A program made the position numbers and the translations under genes. From a virus, in the IMG/VR virus record IMGVR_UViG_3300008448_000002, positions 64,001-128,000 of that record: DNA of 64,000 bases; one strand, 5' to 3'. Each line of letters starts with the position of its first letter. Position 1 is the first letter of the stretch. Shown here piece by piece: positions 17,501 to 26,109 of the stretch. A model generated the notes under the pieces. The model was not told the origin of the DNA and did not search any database. It saw only the letters and a program-made list of their open reading frames with translations.

Positions 17501-18375
17501 ACAATCTATATGATGTGATTTATTATGAAATATTAGATACAAGTTCTGGTGCCGCTGGCTTTGATGTACAAAATATTGAAGTTCCCTTACCCTATGCTCA
17601 AGGACTAATTAAAGGACAGTTTCCCTATAAGACATCCTCCACAACCACGCAAGATAATTTCTTCTCTAAATCTTTGAATAACTTTAGAAAAGATTTAATA
17701 AATATTGAAAACCGCTATATTAGAAAAGACGAAGTGACATTAAATACTTCTCCTAATGATGAACAAAATGGTATTGGTGTATCGGGAAATGAAGGGTATC
17801 CTTTATGGATGATTTCAAAAAATAGGAATAGTATTGATAAGTTTGTTTCTGCCATACCTATCGCATTTGTTTCATATGGCACAGCATTTGATGTAGTAAA
17901 GACGTTACAAGTAAACAAGTTGGATACTGTACTAACTGGTTTATCTTTAATGATTGATAGGTACTTAGTACAGCGATTCATTATAAGTAACACTTCTTTT
18001 GATGATACATTAATTTATCAGTATAGTAAGACGGCACTCATAACATCGTATCAAGAAGTTGCCGATATTACCGAAAGAAACAATATCGTATCTCCTTTAT
18101 TGGGTAATGTAGTAAAGGTTATAAATACAAATGAGTACTATATTTGGAACTCAACAATAGATGTACAGCCCAATGGATGGTTAGACATAACGACATTTGG
18201 TAGTTTTGATATTAGTAATATTGGAGATACCATAATAATAAACAATTTAACAACAGATGGAAATGAAACTATTTTTGACTTTGATAGTATAACAAATACA
18301 AAAACTGATTTTGATTTGGCAATAATTAAAGAAAAACGATTTATTAAGTTTCCACCGAGCGATGAAAAGAGATAA
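14551..18375 (+). CDS. Virion baseplate-wedge-like protein with an N-terminal subtilisin (S8) protease and Ig-like repeats
   Basis: Catalytic motifs: D in LFAIDSGV, H in DSHGTEMAS, N in SSGND, S in SGTSYSS. Ig-like repeats LPLGLKLNTESRRIEGIP and PQGLSIDANTGYIVG. Late promoter at 14535-14542. Confidence 0.75.
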   Translation: MTNNTYHLSVNNSNIAEINSGGEIYELITSNGFQLKTYEHIPNVLSFTSSDSIRKEIFDKSYIKYKTDEIFFNLNSVVLKFKKKYSWGLDRIGKRNPLLQKKYFGTETGKGVNLFAIDSGVFHQHDSVNKKINLTFAYDAFFDNNDVNFILPFNNNSYIDSHGTEMASIILDGDFGTTSNVNYIPVRIFNDIGIASLSDLLDSCNHIIDTHLSINVSTPFGNSLYKPSIVNMPFSTKNKALLLDDVMSALLANNIHVVTSSGNDNDDAYNYSPQSAGVSRNKVLISGNTYRVDTSINYTKKPIVVGGCDNPSIEIIQKDKVWKEDNFNGSNWGEFVDILCPAKDILVGSLSFSGSNWNNSIRNYYTYKSGTSYSSAFCCGILAMYLQKEKNLTTTQLYNKLLRRSTIGSLEIDDLSNLRDNEQNDIFINPVVVTPNRIGYIWYTPILINFDTINTIIVDENTENDIKITAISTDSFNEKQKVSFFLGTVTSPIPTYTDLNITALFGDIYEGNDIFGNLNIQSNFVTEDTVSTITITVVDGFSDDYRHFQTLSIPINIKNLSVMPTWLLPVESNLGDISQDDNIDIVFSCRDLTDGSPVTYTILPSNEVLPIGLRFQNLVDGTFKIFGTVGALDKKLEKYEFFIRAKTSVGKFSDKYFFWNTNIVNIPQEFDTLWTDTLPSTTVNTNVYYNLGTYPKNTPLGINLLINLLIYNPDNDPLIIKLFKSPDITTSFGKLPLGLKLNTESRRIEGIPSVSISGGTYYFKITLGDGEFVTNGYFSITISNDDIGLIQDPSDITWTTPAGFIGEIYETYPSHLSVLAKNSANGRIQYILSSASNPMPQGLSIDANTGYIVGNAPYVSGTATYSITVSAYNEFVSVDRTFTFTIISIYDTQNVISIDVLLTGLPTKDRLNLVRLQSFINKNNIFREDDENFGIKQDLRMYLVAGLNSVSDSVVYAKLKDYHQDLSVKFGKLNYQSVTDTVGNNLYDVIYYEILDTSSGAAGFDVQNIEVPLPYAQGLIKGQFPYKTSSTTTQDNFFSKSLNNFRKDLINIENRYIRKDEVTLNTSPNDEQNGIGVSGNEGYPLWMISKNRNSIDKFVSAIPIAFVSYGTAFDVVKTLQVNKLDTVLTGLSLMIDRYLVQRFIISNTSFDDTLIYQYSKTALITSYQEVADITERNNIVSPLLGNVVKVINTNEYYIWNSTIDVQPNGWLDITTFGSFDISNIGDTIIINNLTTDGNETIFDFDSITNTKTDFDLAIIKEKRFIKFPPSDEKR

Positions 18376-18378
18376 CAA

Positions 18379-19464
18379 ATGGCATCAACAATAACACCTG
18401 ATTCAATAGACCAGAATTTTCCTATTCCTAATGTTGACAATGATAGTCAGGGTTTTAGAACAAACTTTGCTATAACAAAACAGAGTCTTTTGACGGCAAA
18501 GCAGGAAATTAATGCCATACACGGTCAAACGATAAGTATTTCTAGTTCTACTTTAACAGGCTCTAGTACATCTTTTAATCCACAAAATCCTGTTGTACTT
18601 ACATTAGATTTAAACAATCTTTCACCATCAAGCGCAGGAGTATATACTACAAGCGGTAATAACTTATCATTGACAATTGATACCAAAGGAAGAGTTACCA
18701 ACATAACACCAACTGCTATCTCATTGCCTTTACTAAATCCAGGAACATATAATCAATCTATTGATAGTAATGGTAATTTGATTGGTACAAACATTACAGT
18801 AGATTCCTTGGGTAGAATTACTACTATAGCATCGACAACTATAGCAAACTATGGACTTATTAATAGTGCCTTGACTAAAGGAAATTTAATTGTTGGTGAT
18901 ACCTTAAATAAAAGTTCAGCGTTACCTGTTGGAAATGATGGACAAGTGTTGGTGGCAAGACCCGCCGAACCACAAGGGGTAAAATGGGAAGATGCCGTGT
19001 TATCTGGAGGCGGCTCCTCAATTGAAGAAACTGTAACCTATACTCCATCGAACGCACAAACGCTTTTTACTTTACCGTCTGATTGTCAATCTGTAGTGCG
19101 AATGTTAATAAATGGTCAAACCACAATTTCTTATACTTACAATAACACTACAAAGGTATTAACATTTGACCCAGTTGGAAATGGATTCGGTATTGAAACA
19201 ACCGATGAAGTTGTTGTTAAGTATAAAACCTCAACTTCTGGTGTAAATAATTTACTATTTACAATAGCACCAACTACAAACCAAACATTATTTCAACTTC
19301 CTTTGAACGCGAGTATTGTAGTGGGCATGTTTATAAATGGACAGGGTACTAATGATTATAGCTTTAATGCCAACTTAAAGCAAGTGACTTTGAATACATC
19401 AATTAATGGTTATACTATAGAAGCCAATGATGAAATATTATTTTTATATACTCCGACTTCATAA
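18379..19464 (+). CDS. Virion structural/tail-associated protein
   Basis: N-terminus MAS.I...IDQNFP....DNDSQGFRTNF; repeats LTIDTKGRVTNI and ITVDSLGRITTI; KGNLIVG......LPVGNDGQVL motif shared with the tail fibres. Confidence 0.7.
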   Translation: MASTITPDSIDQNFPIPNVDNDSQGFRTNFAITKQSLLTAKQEINAIHGQTISISSSTLTGSSTSFNPQNPVVLTLDLNNLSPSSAGVYTTSGNNLSLTIDTKGRVTNITPTAISLPLLNPGTYNQSIDSNGNLIGTNITVDSLGRITTIASTTIANYGLINSALTKGNLIVGDTLNKSSALPVGNDGQVLVARPAEPQGVKWEDAVLSGGGSSIEETVTYTPSNAQTLFTLPSDCQSVVRMLINGQTTISYTYNNTTKVLTFDPVGNGFGIETTDEVVVKYKTSTSGVNNLLFTIAPTTNQTLFQLPLNASIVVGMFINGQGTNDYSFNANLKQVTLNTSINGYTIEANDEILFLYTPTS

Positions 19465-19523
19465 ATTATATTGTCTAATTTAATAAAATATGCTATTATT
19501 AATTTAATAGTAAAGGATATAAT

Positions 19524-19913
19524 ATGACTACATTAAACGAACAATACTCGACTTTTGTTGGTGGATTATTAAGTAAACCAACCACCAATGATAATGCTTT
19601 TTTAGAAAGTTTGGTATCCCTACAAAAAGATGTAAATATTTCAACATTGTTAGCTGGTTCACTGGGATTACTTGGTGAATCCGCTGAAGTTAGTGAATTA
19701 GTTAAGAAAATGGTTTTTCAAGGTAAACCATTTACACAAGATATTAAAGAAAAACTTGTAATGGAACTTGGCGATGTTGCTTTTTATCTAATGACTGCCT
19801 GTTTGGCACTCAATGTTAGTATTGATGATATTATTCTTAATAATATAGAAAAGTTAAAAACTCGCTATCCAAATGGGTTTACTGTTCAGCATTCAGAGAA
19901 TAGAATTGTATAA
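19524..19913 (+). CDS. mazG: MazG-like nucleotide pyrophosphohydrolase
   Basis: GLLGESAEVSELVKKMVFQGK, ELGDVAFY, NIEKLKTRYP.GF. Confidence 0.9.
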   Translation: MTTLNEQYSTFVGGLLSKPTTNDNAFLESLVSLQKDVNISTLLAGSLGLLGESAEVSELVKKMVFQGKPFTQDIKEKLVMELGDVAFYLMTACLALNVSIDDIILNNIEKLKTRYPNGFTVQHSENRIV

Positions 19914-20161
19914 TGGAATACGACTTTAAAAACCTAAAAGATGAAGAAATATATACAAAAATTGCCGAATTGAATAAAAGAATAGCTTTTTATTCAAACA
20001 TGGGAAATGTTGATGTTTTAAATCAATTAAGAAATTATTTAGAAATATTAAGAAATGAACTCTCAGAACGTATTTTAACTAATACAACGGATAAGAGAAC
20101 AAAAAGAGTATTCAAACGTCCTTTAATGGCAAAAAGAAGATTGAAAAGTAATGATGAATAG
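19913..20161 (+). CDS. Hypothetical protein
   Basis: ORF track; coupled in the operon. Confidence 0.6.
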   Translation: MEYDFKNLKDEEIYTKIAELNKRIAFYSNMGNVDVLNQLRNYLEILRNELSERILTNTTDKRTKRVFKRPLMAKRRLKSNDE

Positions 20162-20822
20162 TTTTTCGTTTAGTTATAAAAATACTTTAAAAATAGTAAG
20201 AATTTTAGATTCTACTTTTATGCCTGAGTTTTTAACATTTGAGATTGGCTTTACTCAAGTTGAAAAAATTGAAGAGGAGAACATAGAAGAAATATGTCAA
20301 AATACGTTTATTAAGATTGATTTTTTTATTAAAACGGTCTTAGATAATGCCATTTTTGTTGAACATATTGACCCACTATGTGAAGAACTACTTATGGCGG
20401 ATAACGAAACAACGACAGTAGATAATACAATAGTATTATGCCCATCTCCCCCAACAGACACTATTATAGCATTGTTGTTACTGTCAAAGTTGAAAACTAT
20501 CTCAAATGCGGTTTTTGATGTTAAAAATATAAAACTTGGGAAATTAGTAGAAAATCACATGACGGTAGAGTATGATGGCAATCCTGCTACCATACTACCA
20601 ACTAAAGACCAATGGGTATCAAACGAAGGGTTTTCTTTTGATAAATCATGGTGGGAGAGAGACGATATTAGTACATTTGATGCCGTATTTGAAACAGCAG
20701 AGGAATTAGAAACGATGAAAGAAACGGTTTCATATGATAATTTCTTTGGTTCTACGGTAACACAAGAAAAAAATAATGTTATTAGACCGCAATTCACTGT
20801 TATAACCAATGATAAACTATAA
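20151..20822 (+). CDS. Hypothetical protein
   Basis: ORF track; 223 aa, overlapping both neighbours. Confidence 0.65.
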   Translation: MMNSFSFSYKNTLKIVRILDSTFMPEFLTFEIGFTQVEKIEEENIEEICQNTFIKIDFFIKTVLDNAIFVEHIDPLCEELLMADNETTTVDNTIVLCPSPPTDTIIALLLLSKLKTISNAVFDVKNIKLGKLVENHMTVEYDGNPATILPTKDQWVSNEGFSFDKSWWERDDISTFDAVFETAEELETMKETVSYDNFFGSTVTQEKNNVIRPQFTVITNDKL

Positions 20823-21360
20823 AATAGTAAATGAATATAATTTAATTGATGTTGATGAGAAATATGCCATTGATATTCTTTTAAAGGATGATGACTTACT
20901 AGATAGTGTATATTTAAATAAAGACTTGATAGAACAATATAATAATAGTTGTGACACAACATATCAAGATAAAACTCATTTTATGTCTCCATCGACTATC
21001 ATGAACATGTACACTAAAGAAGAATATTTTGATAAGTGTATTAATAACTGGTTTATACCAACCAAATATAAGAATATTAATTTAAAGTCTTATTTTTATT
21101 CTAAAATAGAAACCATTATAGAAAAGAATAGAGTTGATTTAGAATTAAGTTTAATTAAAAAACATAAGTTAGAAGACATGATACGCTCATTAATATATCT
21201 GGTGGATATATTAGCTATAAATAATATTCTATGGGGAGTGGGCAGAGGAAGTTCTGTATCGCTTTATATTTTATATTTAATTGATTTACATGCTATAGAT
21301 AGTATTAAATATGAAATAGACCCATATGAGTTTTTTAAACAAGAAAAGGAAATAAACTAA
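20809..21360 (+). CDS. DNA polymerase III alpha (DnaE)-like fragment, 183 aa
   Basis: RVDLELSLIKKHKL...LIYLVD....NILWGVGRGSSVSLYILYLIDLHAIDSIKYEI..EFF matches the DnaE GRGS region. No downstream catalytic-Asp region or PHP domain. Confidence 0.75.
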   Translation: MINYKIVNEYNLIDVDEKYAIDILLKDDDLLDSVYLNKDLIEQYNNSCDTTYQDKTHFMSPSTIMNMYTKEEYFDKCINNWFIPTKYKNINLKSYFYSKIETIIEKNRVDLELSLIKKHKLEDMIRSLIYLVDILAINNILWGVGRGSSVSLYILYLIDLHAIDSIKYEIDPYEFFKQEKEIN

Positions 21361-21710
21361 TGTCAGGAAGAAAACAACATTTTACTAATTCGGGAAAACC
21401 ATTTGATATGATGACGCTTGCCGCAAAGCATGAGCATGATATTGCCTTAGGTAATTCAAAAATGAATACAAGAGGTGATATCATCGGAAAAAATGGCGAG
21501 ATTGAAGTAAAAAGAGAAAAAATTATAGACGAGTATTACAAAAGTAGTAATGCCCCTATAAAAAATGTAAGTATTAAAGATACTTTTAATAATACTTCTT
21601 TTGAAACTCCATCACAGGCAATGGCAAGAATTGCCAAACACGAGCAAGAGTTGAAGGACAATACTCCAAAAGAAAAAGAAACAACAAGAAAATTAGTAGA
21701 CAAGGAATAA
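21360..21710 (+). CDS. Conserved hypothetical jumbo-phage protein
   Basis: GK.FDM..L.......ALGN..MNTRGD..G.NG pattern; operon context. Confidence 0.6.
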   Translation: MSGRKQHFTNSGKPFDMMTLAAKHEHDIALGNSKMNTRGDIIGKNGEIEVKREKIIDEYYKSSNAPIKNVSIKDTFNNTSFETPSQAMARIAKHEQELKDNTPKEKETTRKLVDKE

Positions 21711-21714
21711 AACA

Positions 21715-22050
21715 ATGATTTCGTATCAGGCAGTGGAGGGCGAAATAATACCCTTATCAAATGATATTTTAGTAGTAGAGATGGAAACGACAGGTGAAAG
21801 AAAGACCGCATCTGGTATCCTATTAATTGATAATAACGGAAAACAATCAGGAATTAGACCACGATGGGCGAAAGTTTATAAAATCGGTAAAAATGTTGAT
21901 TATGTAAAAGAAGGCGAATGGATTTATATTGAACATGGGAGGTGGACTTATCAATATAAATTATTGACAAAAGACGGGGAAAAGAGTATACAGAAGGTAG
22001 ATACTAACTGTATACTCATGGTTAGTGAGGAAAAACCAGAAAGTCTTTAA
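21715..22050 (+). CDS. groES: Co-chaperonin GroES-like (capsid-folding gp31 analog)
   Basis: PLSNDILV....GERKTASGILL, AKVYKIG..V..VKEGEWI. Confidence 0.85.
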   Translation: MISYQAVEGEIIPLSNDILVVEMETTGERKTASGILLIDNNGKQSGIRPRWAKVYKIGKNVDYVKEGEWIYIEHGRWTYQYKLLTKDGEKSIQKVDTNCILMVSEEKPESL

Positions 22051-22986
22051 ATGTTTAATGCCGATTTATTAATCGAAAAATATAGACCTAGAACTATTGA
22101 TGATTATGTTTTTACAGATGAAAATGTTAAAAATAAGATATTGAGTTTTATAGAAAATAAAGACGGTATGACCATTCCAATCCCGCATCTTCTCCTCAGT
22201 GGAAAACAAGGGTCTGGTAAAACGAGTCTCGCCCTGCTCCTTGTTAAACTTGTAGGTGTTATTGACTACGATGTATTGTTTATCAATGGCAGTAAAGAAA
22301 ATAGTGTTGAGACCGTTAGGGAGAAAATATCTAATTTTTGTACAACAATGCCGTTGGGTAATTTTAAGGTTGTCATTATAGATGAAAGTGATTATTTATC
22401 TATTAATAGTCAAGCAATCCTACGAGGAGAAATTGAAAGATATAGTAACTCAGTTAGATTTATATTAACATGTAATTATAGAAATAAAATTCTTCCAGCT
22501 ATACTTTCTAGACTACAGAAGTTTCATTTCAATTCTTTGGACATGGATACATATGTTAATAGAATAGTTAAAATATTGGATACCGAGGGAATTACTTATA
22601 AAGAAGAAGATATTATTGAAATTATTAATATTTCCTATCCAGATTTGCGAACAACAATAGGTCTAATCGACCAACAGGTTATTGATAAGAAATTAATCCC
22701 CGTTACTGATAAAGATTTTTCTGTTGATGAAAAGTACTCTTCGTTTGTTAAAATGTTTAAAAGCGGCGATTTAAATAAAGCAAGAAAGTTTTTAGTTGAA
22801 TCACTTTCGAGTGACGAATATATTGATACTTTTAGATATTTTTATGAAAATATAGAAATGTTTTCGGATGATGAAGAGAAAATAATGCGAAACATCATTA
22901 TTATTGCCAAGTACTTAAAGAATCATACGTTGGTTGCCGACCCAGAAATTAATTTATCAGCCTGTATATTGGAATTATTAAAATGA
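22051..22986 (+). CDS. gp44: Sliding-clamp loader subunit (T4 gp44/RFC-like)
   Basis: EKYRP.TIDDYV, LLLSGKQGSGKTS, INGS, IIDESDYLS...QAILRG, RFILTCNY, YPDLR. Confidence 0.92.
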   Translation: MFNADLLIEKYRPRTIDDYVFTDENVKNKILSFIENKDGMTIPIPHLLLSGKQGSGKTSLALLLVKLVGVIDYDVLFINGSKENSVETVREKISNFCTTMPLGNFKVVIIDESDYLSINSQAILRGEIERYSNSVRFILTCNYRNKILPAILSRLQKFHFNSLDMDTYVNRIVKILDTEGITYKEEDIIEIINISYPDLRTTIGLIDQQVIDKKLIPVTDKDFSVDEKYSSFVKMFKSGDLNKARKFLVESLSSDEYIDTFRYFYENIEMFSDDEEKIMRNIIIIAKYLKNHTLVADPEINLSACILELLK

Positions 22987-23552
22987 ACATTTTACTTGAT
23001 GTTGATGATGTTTTACTTGAGTGGAGAAAAGGTTTTGAAGAATACCTAATTAAATCTCTCCCTATTACATATAAAAAAATTATTGATGGATACGAAACAA
23101 TAGATGTCGCGTTATTGACTGGTGATACGATTGTAATGTCACCAGCACTTGAGTTTAATGAGATATTAGAGTTTTCGCAATTAAAACCTATTGATAACGC
23201 TGTAAAATATGTCAGACAACTACATGAGGATGGATTTAAAATGTCATGTATTACGGCATGTGGCACAAAGAAAATAACAAGAAAATTGAGAAAATATAAC
23301 CTTGATAGATACTTCGGTGACATATTTGAAAATATTGAACATGTTAATATTGGAGAAACTAAAAGATATATTTTACAACAATATAAAAAGGCATTTTGGG
23401 TTGAGGATAATTTATTAAATTGTATGATTGGTGAGTCAATCGGACATATACCGATTTTAATGAATAAACCCTATAATCAAAGTAATGATGATGTAATCAG
23501 AGTTGATAACTGGCAAGAAATATATGGTGTCATTAAAGGGCTAACTAATTGA
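22983..23552 (+). CDS. HAD-superfamily 5'-(deoxy)nucleotidase-like protein
   Basis: ILLDVDDVL, ITACG, WVEDN. Confidence 0.8.
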   Translation: MNILLDVDDVLLEWRKGFEEYLIKSLPITYKKIIDGYETIDVALLTGDTIVMSPALEFNEILEFSQLKPIDNAVKYVRQLHEDGFKMSCITACGTKKITRKLRKYNLDRYFGDIFENIEHVNIGETKRYILQQYKKAFWVEDNLLNCMIGESIGHIPILMNKPYNQSNDDVIRVDNWQEIYGVIKGLTN

Positions 23553-23564
23553 TTTATTAATATT

Positions 23565-23600
23565 AAAAACCCCTGTAGATTAATTTTCACAGGGGTTTTT
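23565..23600. terminator. Bidirectional terminator, homologous to 24824-24857
   Basis: 12-bp stem AAAAACCCCTGT/ACAGGGGTTTTT, loop AGATTAATTTTC. Confidence 0.85.
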
Positions 23601-23610
23601 AATTTATTAC

Positions 23611-23796
23611 TTAACGGTTGTATTCTACTTGAACTTCGGCCACCGTATATCCATTAATTGAAGGAGCAAATCGAGCCTCGCCTTCAAAATATGGGTAATT
23701 TTCATATTCTAATTGAACTTCTGTAAATGAATCAACTATTCCAACAGCATCTACTAGATTACCATTAAAACGAACTTCTAATACCGTGATTTCCAT
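23611..23796 (-). CDS. Small hypothetical protein (cargo of cassette 1)
   Basis: SD AAGGA upstream; own promoter and terminator. Confidence 0.7.
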   Translation of the reverse strand: MEITVLEVRFNGNLVDAVGIVDSFTEVQLEYENYPYFEGEARFAPSINGYTVAEVQVEYNR

Positions 23797-23818
23797 ATTA
23801 TATTCCTTTTTGTTGATT

Positions 23819-23872
23819 GGGATAATTCCCTCTCTGATAAATAGAGAGTATCATAGATAATAAGTTTGTCAA
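23819..23872 (-). promoter_or_regulatory. Early sigma70 promoter with conserved GGGAATTATCC leader (copy 1)
   Basis: TTGACA-N16-TACTCT...ATCAGAGAGGGAATTATCCC. Confidence 0.75.
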
Positions 23873-23893
23873 GGATTATTTTAAAAAGGTGAT

Positions 23894-24310
23894 TTATTTT
23901 TCTAATTTATTTTTTCTATATATTTCTATGGACTTTTTAAGATTATCTATAGTAAAATATCTTGTTTTATCTTTATAATAGGAATAATACCATTTTTTAA
24001 TACCAGTCAACTGAGATACTTCTTTTAAAACCTCGGATAATTCTTGTGGAAAATCTTTGTTATCATAAAATTCAACAAAAACAAGATAAGAACCTTCTTT
24101 AGTTATGGTGGCACTAACCTCTGTATCAAGTAATTGTGCCGTTGATTTTTGTATAAATCTATTCAAATCTTCTGCTGGCTCTTTATAATCAAGGATAAAA
24201 GCAACAACAACTACTTCATCGTCATCAATCTTTGATTCATATTGATTGATGCTTATAACATTTTTGACAGTATCTTTTAAATCGTTTGCCTCTAGTCCTT
24301 CAAAAAGCAT
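23894..24310 (-). CDS. Conserved hypothetical protein with an MLFE processing-like N-terminus
   Basis: MLFEGL...DL...V...ISI.QYESKI.DD..VVVAF...EPA.DL.RFI pattern; late operon. Confidence 0.65.
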   Translation of the reverse strand: MLFEGLEANDLKDTVKNVISINQYESKIDDDEVVVVAFILDYKEPAEDLNRFIQKSTAQLLDTEVSATITKEGSYLVFVEFYDNKDFPQELSEVLKEVSQLTGIKKWYYSYYKDKTRYFTIDNLKKSIEIYRKNKLEK

Positions 24311-24312
24311 TT

Positions 24313-24807
24313 TTATTTCTCCCGCTTCTTAAATACTGATTGCTTATCAATGCCTTCTTCTTTGGCATCTTCAATCGTTTCTAAGTTAAAATCCAAATCA
24401 TCATATAAGTTAAAATCATCTTCTAATTCAACTAATAAGTTTTTTGGAACTCTTAATTCAATTAACCATATTTTCTTTTTCTCTAATTTTGGTTTTTTTG
24501 TACCAGATTCATAGTCTTCTGGGTCTTCAATATCAATAGGAACTTCCTCTGTTGCTCGTTTATACTTTATTTTAGCCCCATATTTTATCAATCTTAATGC
24601 TCCTGCCTTATCGGGCATCTCTTCGTAATCATATTTTAGAACTATGCCTATCCAATGTTTTTCAATAATTGGTCCCTCGACAACTTCACCTTTTATCCAA
24701 TTTTTAAAAACATAAATATCTAAATTATCCATGAAATCTTCAATTTCAATAAGATAAGTTAATAATGTCTGATTTTTTTCTAATTTTTTGATGTCATTGT
24801 TATTCAT
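24313..24807 (-). CDS. Conserved hypothetical protein
   Basis: DFMDNLDIYVFKNWIKGEVVEGP...MPD..GA.RL..YGAKIKYK; late promoter CATAAATA at 24814-24821. Confidence 0.7.
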   Translation of the reverse strand: MNNNDIKKLEKNQTLLTYLIEIEDFMDNLDIYVFKNWIKGEVVEGPIIEKHWIGIVLKYDYEEMPDKAGALRLIKYGAKIKYKRATEEVPIDIEDPEDYESGTKKPKLEKKKIWLIELRVPKNLLVELEDDFNLYDDLDFNLETIEDAKEEGIDKQSVFKKREK

Positions 24808-24823
24808 GTATACTATTTATGAA

Positions 24824-24857
24824 AAAATCCCTGTAGATTAATTTTTACAGGGATTTT
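24824..24857. terminator. Bidirectional terminator, homologous to 23565-23600
   Basis: 12-bp stem AAAATCCCTGTA/TACAGGGATTTT, loop GATTAATTTT. Confidence 0.85.
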
Positions 24858-24877
24858 AAAAATATTCACTGAATATG

Positions 24878-25213
24878 TTATTCTTTGATAATTTCCATGA
24901 TTTTCTTTAATTTGTCAAAGGATACTCCTTTATTTTTTAAAGTATCTTCGAGTTCGCGCTTCATTTCTCTGAATTGTTTGTTTTCATCATCGCGGCGATT
25001 TGCCTCAACATGACCTTCATGAAAAAGATATATTCTATCGGATGAGTATGAATTTCCATATAATTTACCAGTTGACATGGAGAACTTTTTACCATTATCC
25101 AATGTAACTGTAGTTTTTGTAACGGCAACTACCTTATGAAAAGTATATCTATTATTCCAAGATTGAGTCAAAGAAACAGTATCATCTACTTTGTATAATG
25201 GAGTATCGAACAT
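24878..25213 (-). CDS. Hypothetical protein (cargo of cassette 2)
   Basis: ORF track; own promoter and terminator. Confidence 0.7.
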   Translation of the reverse strand: MFDTPLYKVDDTVSLTQSWNNRYTFHKVVAVTKTTVTLDNGKKFSMSTGKLYGNSYSSDRIYLFHEGHVEANRRDDENKQFREMKRELEDTLKNKGVSFDKLKKIMEIIKE

Positions 25214-25240
25214 TTTCTTAATCCCTGTTATATTGTTGAA

Positions 25241-25295
25241 AAGGATAATTCCCTCTTTGATAAGAAGAGAATATCACAATATTTTACTTTGTCAA
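25241..25295 (-). promoter_or_regulatory. Early sigma70 promoter with conserved leader (copy 2)
   Basis: TTGACA-N16-TATTCT...ATCAAAGAGGGAATTATCCTT. Confidence 0.75.
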
Positions 25296-25306
25296 GAATT
25301 ATTTTA

Positions 25307-26068
25307 CTATTCACCGTACATTTTTAATACTGTAGAAATGATAGGGTGTCTTTCAATGTCTTTATTATCAAACTTTACTATTGATATACCTTCTGGATTA
25401 TATAAAGATATTCTACGAATAAAATCGCTTAAACCGTTTTCTGTTCCTCTATCAGATTGATTTATATCACCTGTAACAACAATCTTAGAGTTTTCACCAA
25501 TACGAGTTAAGATACTTTTCAATGTCATGTTAGTAGTACCCTGTGCCTCGTCAAGAATGATATAAGAGTTTTTAAATGTTCTTCCTCTGATATAAGTAAT
25601 CGGAGAAACATCAATAACACCATCAAGTAACATTCTTTTTACTTGTGGTTTACTATAAAACTCTTCAAAAATATCAATGATTGGTAAAATCCACGGTGCC
25701 ATTTTTTCCATAATATCACCAGGAAGATGCCCAATATCTTGATTATCACATGATACGGTTGGTCTAGTAATGACAATCTTGTCAATTTTTTGTTCTTTTA
25801 GTAATTTAATGGCATATAATGTCGCCAAATATGATTTACCACATCCTGCTGGACCAGTAGCAAACACAATATATTTGCTTTTATCTTCCAACATTCTTAA
25901 TAAATCTTGTTGATTTTTACTTCTGGGAGTTATTGTTATTGGTCTTTTAGTATGAGTGTGGTCATATTCTTTGACGATTGCTATTGGTGATTCTTTTAAT
26001 TTTAGTAAGGGGGATTTAGTAACTGTAGTTTTCTTTGGTTGTCTGGTTGCTCTTTTCTGACGCATCAA
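25307..26068 (-). CDS. phoH: PhoH-family ATPase
   Basis: GPAGCGKS, ITRP, GHLPGD..EKMAPW, YIRGRTF, ILDEAQ, LTRIGENSK.VVTGD..QSD. Confidence 0.95.
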   Translation of the reverse strand: MMRQKRATRQPKKTTVTKSPLLKLKESPIAIVKEYDHTHTKRPITITPRSKNQQDLLRMLEDKSKYIVFATGPAGCGKSYLATLYAIKLLKEQKIDKIVITRPTVSCDNQDIGHLPGDIMEKMAPWILPIIDIFEEFYSKPQVKRMLLDGVIDVSPITYIRGRTFKNSYIILDEAQGTTNMTLKSILTRIGENSKIVVTGDINQSDRGTENGLSDFIRRISLYNPEGISIVKFDNKDIERHPIISTVLKMYGE

Positions 26069-26109
26069 AATCTCCTGTTGTGAGTTCCTACAATCTATTT
26101 ATGTAAAAT

